Source: Podarcis pityusensis (taxonomy: Eukaryota). Taken from it: a stretch of DNA of 64,000 bases. The stretch lies in the NCBI GenBank assembly GCA_964106645.2, contig OZ067041.1; one strand, 5' to 3'. The notes under the pieces are model-generated. The model saw only the letters and a program-made list of their open reading frames with translations, ran no database searches and was not told the DNA's origin. This document shows positions 38,065 through 51,380 of this stretch, one piece after another (the stretch's first letter is position 1; the number at the start of each line of letters is the position of its first letter). The position numbers and the translations under genes are program-made.

Positions 38065-38846
38065 ATTTCTATTACTCAAATAAATAGTATGCTATCAAAT
38101 TATCAAAGGAACTTGCCAGTGTAACCTCGAACAATTTTGCACAATATGCTACAGCTTTGCCTTATCTACTTGTTTTCTCAAGATGCTAACTGTTTAATAC
38201 TGCAACAGTTGAAATTGTGCTTTGATATTTTTTTCCCCCTCGCTCCATCTGGGAATGATAATCTTGCTCTGCTGGGTTTAGTGAAAAGTTAAAAATAGTA
38301 AATGTGGTTTCCCACAATTAGGATAGAAAAGGTTGCTGTAATCTATCAGCTATAGAATGGCTCACTGCCAGTAAAGAAGGGAACAGAGGAATGCATGTGA
38401 TAAAGGATGGAAATGCCATAAAAATGACTTGAGAACAGCTTTCCCCAACCTTGTGCCCTCCAACTCCCATAAGCCCCAGCCAGCCAGCAGATGGGAGATG
38501 TTATCCAAAAAATGTGAAGTGAACCAGGTTGGGGGAGGCTGCTCTAGAGTACTGGATGCTACTGATATGTCAACATATGAATTTATATGTGCTCTGAGGA
38601 ATCTAGCAGGCTTCCTAAATCCTACTAATAATTGCAGCCCCTAGAATCTAATGCTAGTTATTTCTCCCCCTTCTTCTGATTGGTGTGTGGGTGTGGCTGG
38701 CTTCTGTTACGAAATCTCAGCATAAATTTCTGCATTCTTGCTCCCTTTCCTGCTTTCTTTATAGTAAATCTGAATTGAATAAAAGTACTTAAAGTAAAAC
38801 TGAACTTTGCTGGAGACACTGACTTTTTACCACCTAAAATTGGCAG

Positions 38847-38966
38847 TGATCACCAGACCAGAAATGGAAATTGGCAGGTACCAATGGATGTACAGGAATT
38901 CAAGGCTACACCAGTACCATCATGTGCCAGCATTGAGAGGCAATGTTAGTCCTTTGGGGATTCAAG
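38847..38966 (+). CDS. GPM6B: GPM6B 120-nt in-frame cassette exon (VITRPEMEIGRYQWMYRNSRLHQYHHVPALRGNVSPLGIQ)
   Basis: ttggcag| acceptor, AAG|gtaaat donor, phase 1-1, 40 codons with no stop. Resembles the recalled 40-aa insert of long human isoforms (VNSRAEMEIGRYHWMYPGSKNHQYHPVP...). Not in the ORF track. Confidence 0.88.
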
Positions 38967-41112
38967 GTAAATAAAAGCCTGGGGGTCTAATATCTTAACT
39001 GGAGAATTTAAATATGATAGCACCATAATAGTCATTTTCCTAGCTGTAGCAAAAATGTTCCTAAATATATATGTTGATGTGTCTGATTCTCACTTGGCAG
39101 GTTTTTTTTGTTGTCTGTTTCAAAGCATTTGTTCAGAACTGTTTTTCAGAGTAAGACATCTTTTGCATCACTTACCTGGCTACTCAGAATAATCTTTAAA
39201 ACTGCCCATATACAAAAAGTCAAATGGTCTTCCACATATCCTTTGCAGTCCAGACATTTTACTTCTGTGGTTCCCAAGGGAGTAATAAAGCCTACTTTAG
39301 ACTTTATTTACACCTTAGACTTAATTTACACTCATACTTGTGTCTTTGGGCTGTTTTCCCATTGGTTCAGTGACTGGTAGTTTCTGTGAAGAGGTTGTGA
39401 GTTAGGTATCCTTCATAGCAGCCAGCGCTAACTCTGCTCCCTATTGTTGTTGTTGGGCTCAAATGCCCATAAGTCCCAATCATCATAGCTAACAATTATG
39501 GGTGATAGGAGCCATATTTCAACAACAGCTGCAGTGCACCAGGTTGGGAAAGGTTCCATATTTAAAATATATAGTGGTTTTGAATGTCTCATTTGAATGC
39601 ATTTTTGACCATGGCCTTCCTCCTTGCTAAAAGCAAACTTGCATATTTATTTGCACCATATACTCTTTCATAATTTCCCCCCTTCCAAATTCTTTTATCA
39701 TCCTTAGTGGACAAGCAGGCCTGAAGATCAGAATATAAGCTTTCTAGCAGTAATGCATAAAGTTCTCAGCCTGCTGATTTGCTATGGCACTCATATTTTA
39801 CAATCACTTTTTTTGCAGCTGGCATGAAACGTGTTATTTATTTCATTTTATTTAAGGCATTTCTATTTCACTCATTTATTAGCATTTCTAAGCAGTGCCT
39901 TAACTTGGAGGATGAAAATGTCTTGGTTTAAGCAACCAGTAAGAACGTACAGTAAGATAGCAAGGATAAATTTTAAACTGGATCTGAGAAAGCAAGACGA
40001 AAAGACAAATGATATCAGTGTGTCACTGACCGTCTAATGAAGTTTTGTTGTGCTTAGTCTTGTTTTCTGGACAGCTTAAAAGCTACAGTAGCCTGTTGGT
40101 CAACAGGATGTACAGTTCAGTAGATATTTTTTACTGAGATGTCAGTAATCAGACGCAGATAAATAACACGGATCTGCGAACTATCTCTTCCCTCAGTAAT
40201 ATAAAGCAGATGGTCTAGATTTTTAAGCCTAGAAGAATAGCTCCATCACAGTCAGTGCTTGCTTTATTATTGATTATGGCTTTGGGGTACATTTTGAGAT
40301 ATGTGAGATCACTGCCTCAGCTGGAAAGATATAAGAAAGAAATCCTAGATTGTGGAGGACAGACTTCAGTTTTGTGAGATATACTTGTTTTTCTTTTCAT
40401 CTACCAACAGCAGCCAAGTGTTTACATAGCATAAACTAAATGGGGGCTCTCATTCTCAGCCTTTTCACACAAAAAAGCACACCTGGTTTTCCACTAAGCT
40501 TTTTTTGTTTCAGCAGCCCAATTAAAACAACAAGCCTTTCCATTGTTACAGTTGTTAAAACAATTGGAGGTAAGAAACCCTTGACAGCAAGTAGGGTCCC
40601 AGCCTGTCTTTTGCATTCTCCCAACCTAGGTACTCATCTCCTATGCAAGAGGATTTTGCCAATTGGCAAAAAATCTATTCAGGAAGGAACCAGAGAGGAA
40701 CAGCTGGGAAAAATCACTGCCCCACAGGGGCAGAAGATGTAGAACTTTATTCCACCACCACCCCACCCCCGTTCCTGATTTAGATATTCACTCACCTGGG
40801 TAGGTGTTATACTCTGGAGCAGGGTTGCACCTTATAAAGCCACTGCAGGAGGGATAGATGGTAACTAATACTGGAATTTGGCTCCCCTTTGCTTTCCTTA
40901 TAACAAAGAATCAGTGGTGGACCATGGTGTCTCAAATTTCAGTGGTGCCTGCCCGACGCCAAAATCTGCCCCCACCCACCAGCCGCTTGCCTTCCATTGG
41001 ATTTCATGGTTGGGGTTCCTGCTGCAGCATCCTAGAAGCTCCACGCCCAGTGCAACTGAACCAGTGGCGATTCCCTAGATCTGCCTTTGAAATCGTGTTG
41101 AGGCCCATTAGT

Positions 41113-41344
41113 TAGGGCTGCCATACATCTGGAATTTCCCTGACATAGCTGGAATATGGCAGTCAGAAACAGTGTCCGGGCGGAAATCGCTTAAATGACC
41201 GGGAAAATCTGGACGTATGGAAACCCATGCTGGAAACCTAGATTTCTGGCAAATTTCCTTAAAATTAGCTCAACAACTTCTCACTCTTTTTTAGATGCTG
41301 CAATAAAAATTCAACAACTTTGGCCCAAAAATATGGCAACCCTA
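41113..41344. mobile_element. hAT (Blackjack-like) MITE
   Basis: TIR TAGGGCTGCCATA / TATGGCAACCCTA (12/13). TSD CCATTAGT / TCATTAGT. Confidence 0.82.
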
Positions 41345-41689
41345 TCATTAGTAAGGTTGGGTAGTTGCAGAAATTTCCTATTTGCCCTCCCTCTTTTCAT
41401 ACCTGGAGCAATCCATGATCCAGGTGGGAAAAACTGTAGGCAGATCTTTGCAAGGCATCTGGGGGCTCCCTACTAGTAGCTCCTTTCTCTTCCCCCATAG
41501 GATAGGGCTCCCACTCTATCTAGCATCCTCTACCTCTTCTTACACCAGGTTGGGCAAACAGGGTAGACATTTTACTCATAGGTTGTATAGAATCTGCCCT
41601 TCGTGAATTATCCCCTCATACAGGCCAGGTCTTTCACTGTTAACCGGTTTATTTCATTGATGTCTATTGTCCATGGACTCCCAAGGAGC

Positions 41690-41766
41690 CATAGCTGTCA
41701 ACTTTCCCCTTTTCTTGCAAGGAATCCTATTTCCCTTTTTAAAAAAGGGAAACGTTGACAGCTATG
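41690..41766. mobile_element. 77-bp hAT-type MITE, same family as 18988-19077, opposite orientation
   Basis: TIR CATAGCTGTCAAC / GTTGACAGCTATG. Perfect TSD CAAGGAGC. Confidence 0.9.
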
Positions 41767-43751
41767 CAAGGAGCTGCTTTATGTTATGTTATGGTAGGCA
41801 AAGGCAGTGAACAAGCTCTGTCCAATTCCAGATGCAGATAGCTCTGAAGTGGTTTTAGATGCATGCTCTTGACTGCAAAATGTTTGACACAGTTGTTGAT
41901 TCAGGGTCTCTTAAATTCTTCAGCTTGTAAAGATTTCCTTCCTTTTTTCTTTCAGACTCAACATTCAGTTGCAAATGTGAGCAATCTCTTTTATGTGATG
42001 GGTTTCTTGCTAGGCTTAAATAAATTGTCTCCATCACAGAGTCATCTTCTCCTTGATCTTCTTTCAAAAACAAACTTTTGAATGGATTAGAAACAGAGCG
42101 CAGGGCTCGCATGTCAATGTATTTTTCATTTTTTCCACACTGACATAATAGTCAGCTATCCTTACAAAGTAAGGAAAGTTGGCAAAATACCCCTCAGTTT
42201 TAAATACAGATTTATTTTGAAGGTAATTTAAAATGCATCTGTGCCTTAATGAGTTTGAAGGTGTAGCGTGTGAAAGGGAATACACACATTTATCTGCGTT
42301 GACCTCTGGATAATCCTCTACCTTATTGCTCTGAATGTTTTTGCTTACTGACAGAGATAGGTATATTTCTTCCCATGTTACAGTCTGACTTTCCTAAAAG
42401 ACCCAGTGCGCTCACATGTTCTAAAAGTGATGTAATGAAGTGTCCCTGAGTGAATTCTCCTGTTCAAATATATTGGAAATCCTTTAAAAAGAAAAGAAAG
42501 CGGGGGGGGGGGGGCAGTCTTTGCAGATTTTTATATTATGGATGTATGTTTTGTATTATTTTATTAATGCTATTGCTTGATACAGGTTTGGCATTGCATG
42601 TATTGTGAACTGAGCTGATAGGCTTTTTAAAATAAAAGCAGATATGGAAGCACTTGAAATCTGTTGGGTATCCCAGACAGAATAGTGGTTGCTTATATAT
42701 ACTAGTAATTTCTGTAATGAATATAATTGGAAGCTAGCCCTGAGCTAACTCACCTTACTCTTTCAGTTGGGGGAGAGGCTTCTGTGATGATGCGTTGATG
42801 TTTTGTCACGGAATGCACACTGTTGTGATCTTAGAATGGTCTCTGTGTCTTTTGCTAGGAAGGCTGGAGTTGGGTAGGACAGACTAATCCATCAAACACA
42901 ACCAACAGCAAATAATAATAAAATACAATGCCTAGGCATGTGTGAGAGAAGGAATCCCACAATCCCTTTGCTTCCCTTTTCTAGTGATATACTTTAAAAC
43001 AGGATTCTCTTATCTGGCCTGAGACTATCCCCAAGCCACACCCGCTGCCCCACTCTAATCCCTAACCCTCATTTGCTCCTCACTTCCCTCTACAACTGCC
43101 TTCTTGACCACTGGACTTGCTATTGGTCTCATCCTCTCAATCCACCATAACTTACCTTTGCATGCAGGGGATGTCTCTAACTCACTGAGGGTTTGAGACC
43201 TATCGGCTACACTCACCTGGTTTGGCTGGCCAGTCGAAGCCATTCTGAGGGTGTGGCTGCTGTCACATGCTGACAACTTCAATAGATGACTGGGGGGAAA
43301 ACAGAGGACAGGGCAACACTGGGAAACCAAGACTGAGAGGTGCTAATGATGGACTAGATGTGGTTACTAGTGCCATGCAGTTTCTTAGTGTGTGGTTCCT
43401 GGTTGTCTGAACCCTTCAAGTGTTGGTGCTATTTGAAGCCATGTTGTTGTTGTTTGATAACCCACAATTTTAAGCATTTCTCTTTGGTGGGAGCAGGTTC
43501 TGAAAGGACATGTGTTCTGTGAATATTAGGTGTTTTGAAGAAGTTGAGAGCTGTGGGTAGAAAGCCATTGATGTTCTACTGTATTATCATTGTTTGGGGT
43601 TATGTGGCCTGATTAAACAAGATGTTCTGTTCACTTCCAGCAGTTGCCCACCCAGGGTTCCAGGCTGCCTGCTGTCACATCTTTTAAAGGGCTTCTTAAC
43701 CCATGTGCCTACCAGTACTCAGGCATGCAGCATTTACTTGCCAGTGGAATA

Positions 43752-43915
43752 TAGGAAGAAGCTGCCTTAAACTGAGTCAGACCATGAGCTCATCTTGTCT
43801 ATACTCAGAGGCAGAAGCTCTCCAGGGTTCAAAACAGGAATATTTCCCAGCCTTAGTCAGGGATTAAACCTGGGATGTTCTGCATGCATATCAGTTGCTC
43901 AACCAGCTCCCTTCC
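43752..43915 (-). mobile_element. Degenerate tRNA-derived SINE (Squam2-like)
   Basis: AGCTGCCTT..ACTGAGTCAGACCAT ... AACCTGGGA..TTCTGCATGCA is the reverse complement of the head and tail seen at 19393-19790. Confidence 0.6.
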
Positions 43916-44273
43916 AGGCCATACAGACATAGATGCGTCACTGGTGTGTGGACGCTGCATATGTTGGAGCAAGTATTAGGTAGCAGAATCCTTTTAATGG
44001 TAGAATTGCACACAAGGAAGGAATTTATATTAGCCCAGCACCTCATTTATATCTATCTTAAGTCTTAGTACTGCTATTTGGGGGGGGGGGGCTCACCAGC
44101 CACAAACTTACCCAAGGCAACTTGTTCCATTTTCTCGTTGCAGAAATATTTCATGTGGAGGAACAAAAGAATGTGGTATAGCCCAGGAAACTAATATTTT
44201 CAGCTCAAGGCTTTTCAGATTACTTAGCCTACGTCTTCCTAATGCTCTGGGTTGACTTTCCTTTCTTAAAAAC

Positions 44274-44308
<35 letters not shown>
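44274..44308. repeat. (AAT)n microsatellite
   Basis: Direct reading. Confidence 0.95.
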
Positions 44309-44309
<1 letters not shown>

Positions 44310-47300
44310 TTCTTCCTTCTCTAGCAGTTGATCCTAGAAGCAGTTAGGAAATGTGGGGAAACTAGTGAACTCTCATATTTCTCAAGCTATTTCCACAAAG
44401 TAGTGATATTTCTGGATTGCTACTGAGTTTTCTGTATCTTATTCCTGTGTGGCTTTGTTCTGAGAGCATTAGCAAACAGCATGGCAGAGCAATATTAGCA
44501 ATAATAAATGGAACCTATTGGCTGAATAGATGTATAGCAACACACTATTCATATTTCTCTCCCACCCAGCTCCAGTTTAAAAGAGAGAAATGTGCATTAT
44601 TATTTTTTGCACAGTATACCTGGATGCCTGATGGAACTATTCTATCAATTACTTTGCCCCATGCAAGCAGCACCCATGTTGAATGTATGTGCTGGAAGTG
44701 GCAGTGTATGAAATGGCTTCACTACCAATTTATGCATCTCCCTTCTGCCCTAAGGTACAGATAGGGCTGCAACAGCCGTAGCCCACGCTAGGTAGGATGT
44801 TTGGCACAGGTCAGTTGTTAACAGTGGCTGAGGGGACAATATAGGAGGCACACCAGGAATTGTAGGATATGGTGGAGAGGATAATTGGGCTAGAAGCTGG
44901 CATGGGTGTATATTGGGGCAGGGAGAGGAAGGGGAGCATGAGAGGGGAGAAATAACAGAATTTGTGAGATGTGTATGGTAGAGTTATGGGAATTTGGGTG
45001 GGACTGGCCAGGTATGGGATCCCCACCCTTTTGGTTTTTTTAAAGGCTGTAAGGAATGGAAAGGAAGGCATCAAAATAGGGGAACATGTTTAGTGAGGAA
45101 ACACTGAGTATGCAAGAAGATACTATGCAGAGGAGGGAGGTTCAGGAGCAGGAAATGGCATTAGAGTGGCATAGAATGAGTAAGCCATACAGAGGTGAGA
45201 TCTTGGTTTGGATCCAGAGACTGTATTGTGATTAGGACAGAGAGGCAAGCTGTGTGGACAGAACTGCTTGAGAGGCTGCGCAAATCGTTTCCGTATGTTA
45301 CGGGTAGCGAGTTAGGGGCCCATACCTTTCAGTGCTTTGGGGCCCAAAATCCTTAATTTCCTGATGATCAAACGGGATATGCTGTTGAATTTACTGTTCT
45401 TTAGATAAATGTTTGGGAGCTCTATAAAATACAGTAAACCTGCAGCTTTGAAGTTCCTTTTGAAAGGAGTATGTCAGAAAACATAAATTTGTTGGAAGAT
45501 AATTGAGCAGCAAATTTCCTCCTGATGTTTCGCGGTACCTTGTATTACAAAATAATTTAACCTTTTCAAACGCAACACAGAAGGGCTTATTCAGCTTTGC
45601 CTTGCCACCCCAGAAGGGGTAACATTGTCCTACTTTCATCTCAAGCGAATGGATCAAGAGGTCTCTTCTTGCTTATGTTGTCTCAAGTGCTGTATTTTGA
45701 GCACTTTTGATGATCTAAACCAGCTAGACTTGAATCAGTATTGATGTCAAACATTAGATCAGCTTCTTCCATTTTACAGGCCAGTCTAGGTCCTTCTCTC
45801 TCTCAGCTTATTATAATAGAACCCTCTTTGTCATCAGCTGCCAGCTTCATGGCACACTAAATTTATCTGAAAAGGTTAAATAGGAGAAGCATGTAGCTCA
45901 GTGTTTGTTGCTTCACTGTTTGTAAGAAGGATCCCATTATCATGATTTGAGACAGCAGAGAAGCATTATTGCTGCTTTCAAAATGGAAAGATGGCTATGA
46001 CTGGTTTTGAAGGTGTACAGCTGATAAATGCAACAACTTTGGCCTGCAACAAGCTTGAAAATCTAAATGAATTGGTATGTGTCCACCAATATGAAGCAGT
46101 CATCTTCTGTGGCCACTGTTGTAAGAAGCACCTATGTTTCTGGACAAATTTTCTTTAGGTATATGGTGAGCAATCACTTCTGATTTCCAACTTCCCCAGC
46201 CTACAATTAATCATGCTAGTTTTGTCATGAGGACTGTAACTATATAGTACTGTGTTTATTTTTCTCCAACCATTATCCTTCATTTGTCACCTTGGATGAA
46301 CTTGCTACCCCAGATCAGTGTTCGAAACTTACTCAATGTGAGCCCATAATATAGGATGTCCTTCCCATGTTCTCCCTTTCTGGCAAAGTTGTTTGACAGC
46401 ATAGCTCAAAACCAGAAAAATATTGCTTATTATTTGTTATGCATTCAGTTTCTTATCTGCCCTTCACCATAAGGTCCCAGGGCAGGTTGCAGCCATTTAA
46501 AAATACAATTTTAAAAATAGCTTAAAGCAAACTGATAATGAATGCCCAGCTGGTTCTCGATGGCTCTTACAAACTGCTTGTTTTACCTTTGCCTCTGAGT
46601 GTCTTTCTGCATATACTGCCACAAACCGTTCTGCACCAATTATTTGGGAATGATGAAGGAACAGGGCTTAATCCTTGGGTACAAAATTGAAGAGCTGAGT
46701 TGGCAAGTGTATTGAAGGCAAGGGATTCAGGGGATGGGAAGAATAAGAGAGGTTCAGTCATCCTGAGGCCACCTCCTGCCAGGCCTCAACATGTTGTAAA
46801 GTTGGAAGTTTCTCCAGCCTGAAACCCCTGCAGAGCATTTATTCACATGCTCACAGTATTTATTTTATTTAATACAGAGACTTCTAGTTAAAGCATTACA
46901 TTTTATACATGGCTAGAGATAGTGTTCCATAAGGGGCAAGGGCAAGGGCAAGGCTAGCTTCTCATTTAAACTTACAGAAAAGCTCCTTTCCCAGCTGTTT
47001 GAAGGTCTGCCAGTAGTTTAATACACTGTTCCACAGAATCTACACACCATTTCACATAATATGATAAACTGTAGATTTATAATGGAGCTTGTGAAACAAG
47101 AATTCTCCAGTTAGAACTTCAAAACTCAGTATTTCTATTAATTCAGGGCCAACCATTTGTTGGTTAGAGTAAGCTTTGTTTACTCTTGAATTTTTAAGAC
47201 CTTCTTAACCTGCAGGAATGTTGCAAAGTTTTTTTTAAAAAATTAAAACCATAGGTTGTGTGATTGTTCTGGTGTGGCAGTACATTTATTGTTTTGATGT

Positions 47301-48089
47301 GTGGTAGCTATCTGTTGGATGCTCTTATACATTTGGAAAATGTCAAGAGCATAACTCAAGGTTTTCCCAGTGGAGGTGGGCAGCAATCTTGACTGAGGTA
47401 TTTAGAACTCTTCTTGACATGCTAATCAACCCATAGTGGCTTAGAGCATCCGAATAGTTCTCTGTGTAACTGTGTTGGGAGAATTGGGAAGGCAAATCTC
47501 TTTACAGCCAATGGCTGTAACTTTTGGTCCCCCTAATGCTGTTGGACTTCCAACTCCCATTGGCTTCAGCCAGAAAAGCCAACATCCCATCAGGGATTAT
47601 GAGAGTTGCATTTATATATTTGTGGAATTTGCATTCCGCCCTTGGACCCAAAGGTTCCCAGAGGGGTGCATAATATTATAATATCTAAATCCAGACAAAA
47701 ATAATAAGAAAACAAACAATTACAAAAACAAACAGAAAACACACACACACAAGCAGACAACCAAAATTGCAAACAATCCAGCAGCTGTATCTGGAGACGA
47801 ACAGGCTACCCACCCTCTCCTGAACAATGTTTGTTGCTTTGGGTAATAAGGTGAGTATGGGCAAGTTGCTTTGCCCACTTTGTAAAGGATGATCCATAAA
47901 TACTTGGCTGTGTGTATGTAGGTGAATGCGGGAATCCATTCTGCATTTTATTCTGTTGATACAATGATAAATAATGACAATTTATTTATACCCTGCTCTA
48001 CTAAGTGCCAGTATAGATAGTGTTTGAGACCAGACTCACAGCACTAGTCATCTTAAGACAGCATGTAGGTGGCGATAGTGCAGGATCAC

Positions 48090-48330
48090 TTTTATTTATT
48101 GTTTGAATCCACATGAATCTGCAGGTGACATGCATAACTAAAAATAGCTTGGAAAACAGTCAAAACAGCAAACAACATAAAAGATAGGTTCTTAAACAAT
48201 ACACCCAGCTGGTAAAGCTTATTGAAACAAAAAATGTCTTCAGTGGTTTTTGTAAAGTACAAATAACGGTTGCCTGTTTTATTCCAACAGGGATACTGTC
48301 CCACAGAACAGGGGCTGCCACACTGACAAG
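48090..48330 (-). mobile_element. Degenerate L2-like 3' fragment
   Basis: Minus strand encodes SVAAPVLWDSIP...LQKPLKTFF, followed by an AAATAAA-type tail. Confidence 0.55.
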
Positions 48331-50869
48331 TCTTACACCTCCAAGTATGGGTTTTATACTATTGACAGCACCCCTTTGTGCAAGGGTTGCCCATGCTCGA
48401 AAAGCATGAGTTTTTCCCAGTGCTTTATGCACCATAGTTGGTTCCTGTTCTTTTTCTTCTATTTGTATTCCTTATTAAAAAAAATGTGTGTGCATGTGTG
48501 TGTGCACACATCCACTTTCATTTTATACCCTTCTCCAGAGAATACTTTCAGTCCTCTCTTTTTTTTTTTAGTTGGCCTCCTTTTGTGAGTGTGTTAAATC
48601 TGCAGCCAGGTTCACCGTTAGCTCTGGGCAAATCACTGAGCTGTTATTAACCTGCTTCCATGGCAACTGCTGCTCACAAGCCTGAGGACAAAAAATTGTT
48701 TTTATTCTGAACTGCACAAAAGGTTCTAGTGATGCTTTAGACAAAATGGCCATTGAAAGTGAGTTGCATTGATGTGTGTATCTGTACAATTTATATTTAA
48801 ACTACTTTACTCTGCTGTGTTAGGGTAGTATTGGACATGCCTGGCATACTTTTAAATTCTGTTTTTAACATCTTCCACCATATTTTGTAAGGGATGTTAA
48901 GGTTTTCCTCTTTTCAAAAAGCGGAATTTATATAAAGACAAGAGTAGTTCATCTCTTTGACTCTGCTAATATGGCCATTCTTAAATGTTTCCTGTTTGTC
49001 CTCCTGTTGCCATTTAGTTTCTTCCACGCCAACATGATTAATATTGTGTGGTTATGTTTGTTTCAGAATGAGACCAGCAGATAAACCATTTTTCAGCAAA
49101 AGAAAATATTTTATGTCATGAAATGCAGAGTTAAAAACATAACAAACATCTATTTATCTAGATTAGATGTGTTACTAGTTTAAGCGCGCCACAGATATAC
49201 TCTACAGAAAATAAAATTCAGGCAAGTCTTGATATTGTGCACAGAGGTATATGCTGCACCATGGCTTCTGTCTTTTAGCTGTGAAAAGTATGCACATCAC
49301 CCATGAAAAGTGAACACATGCATGTACTCAAAACTGTGTGTGACCAGTACTCCCAAGTTTCTTACAGGATAATATCAATATCCTGAGGAAATAGCAACCC
49401 GTTGAAAATCTCCCAGAGAACACCATTCCAGCTACTATGGCTGCTGAGGCCGTTATACCCACAAAGATATCATTGAGAGTATCACCTCTAATATTGCTAT
49501 AGTGCATCTAGCCACTAATCTCTGTCATTTCATAGTTATCCACAATTTCTTCAGGAGTAGTATTACTACCACCACCTTCAGAAGACCTGGGACCAACTTC
49601 TTCTTGAAGCCCAACCAACAATCCCCTCCCTGCCCAATTTTAGAAATCAGGAAGGGCAAGGATTCAAGACACAGGTAGTTGATGGAAACTAACCTTCAAC
49701 TATTTTACCCATGATCTCCGGTTACACCAACTGAAGCTCCCCCAACATCACCAGAAACCTCACCAGAATAACCTGCTCCAAGGATGGAATCCAAATCCTG
49801 GTCTATGCAAGCAATTTTAACTTCCGAATTCCTCACAAACATGTCACAGCAAGCTTTGGATGAGTCTACTGATGTGTCCTCAGTAATCTACAGCTTAATC
49901 TGGACACTTCCTTCTCACAAGCCTTGGGTGGACGCCCCCATCTAAGACCTGTTAGAAGCAGACCCTGGGGGGAAACTTGAGCTACCAATACACCACTAGT
50001 ACAGGATCTCATACTGTCAGCCGCAACTGCAGGAGTTTATTAACCCCCTCATTGTCCAAGGTAACATCTGCCAACATCTGCCAGTGTGCTCTTCTGCATT
50101 CTACATGGAACCAGCAGGCCTGTCTCCGCAAAGCAACAAATGGACACAAATACATCATAAATGGCAATTGCAAAAAGCCTGTCGGAGAATTTTTCTGCCT
50201 CTCAGGATACTCTGTAACTGGCCCTAATTAAACAAAGCAGCTTCAGTGGGAAACTCTAGTGTGCTGAATTACAATTTATGAGGCAATTCAGTTATGGCTT
50301 GAAATATGGCTTGAACTGTTTTATTGCAATTCATGTGTCAATTAGCTTGTCAATGCCAGGATGTTTGTTATCACCATTGCTGTGATATAGTGCAAAATAG
50401 TGTTGACTATTTTGTTTTCAAGCTAGCCGTCACAGTTCTTTATACACATCATTTTCCTCTGACACGAGGGGCACTGGAGGAATCTTGGAGGTCTGTATCT
50501 TGAGCAAACTCACCTGGTCTTTCACCTTCATAGGTTAATGTACAGACAGGTTAAGCTACTTCTTTGAACCCACCCACCCCAATGAAGTTCTGTGAGGTAG
50601 TTTGAGTCAGCTGCCTTGTACATTTTTTCTTTTTTCCAACTGGTAATAGCTGCTTGGAGTTGCTAGGACAGGTGTCTTCAGTCTGGTGCACATGGTGCCT
50701 GGGAAGGCTTTAACTGGTGTCCTGGGACAGGTGCCCCAAACTCTGAGCTTTCATTAAAAAGGAAAGAAAAAAGTCTTGAGCCCTTCTGGAAAGCAAGTTA
50801 TTTCTGTGAAATGATAGTGTAGTGAGGTTGCCTTCTATACTTTTTATGGTACTGTTGCGATTAGACTGA

Positions 50870-50872
<3 letters not shown>

Positions 50873-50918
<46 letters not shown>

Positions 50919-50922
50919 TGTG
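50873..50922. repeat. Compound (TC)n(TG)n microsatellite
   Basis: Direct reading. Confidence 0.95.
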
Positions 50923-51291
50923 ACATCTGCACAATGGGTACCAGGACAAAGCTGACTTCCCCCTGTAAGCATAAGGTTGTCAGGGGTGACTGTCTCTCTA
51001 GTTTTGTGTTATGCCACTCCATAACAGCTATTTTGTGACAGACACTCTTATTTTATTTATCTATTTTAAAGCCCAAACAATATTTTACTTTTAAAAACAT
51101 TTTTATACAAAAAAGCTACACAATAAACATTTTTCTTTTATACATTTGTATACCATGCTTGAAACAGAGTGGACTGAGGACAGGAGACCCATGCAAAAAG
51201 GGGAAAGGAATGGAACCTGACTGTTCCTTCCTCCTCTGACATCTTTCTCCCAATGTGCATATATGCTTGCCAATTTAAGATGACACTTCAA

Positions 51292-51380
51292 GCATCTGAT
51301 GAAGCAGACCATGAAAACCTATGCCACAATACATTTGTTAGCTTTTTAAGGTGCTACAAGACTTCTTCTTTAACTGCTGC
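51292..51380 (+). mobile_element. Degenerate Penelope-like pseudo-LTR with a decayed hammerhead
   Basis: GCAT-CTGATGA-...-GAAA-ACCT-ATGC, then TTGTTAG..TTTAAGGTGCTACAAGAC, similar to TAAGGTGCTACTGGAC in the 22940 element. Confidence 0.6.
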
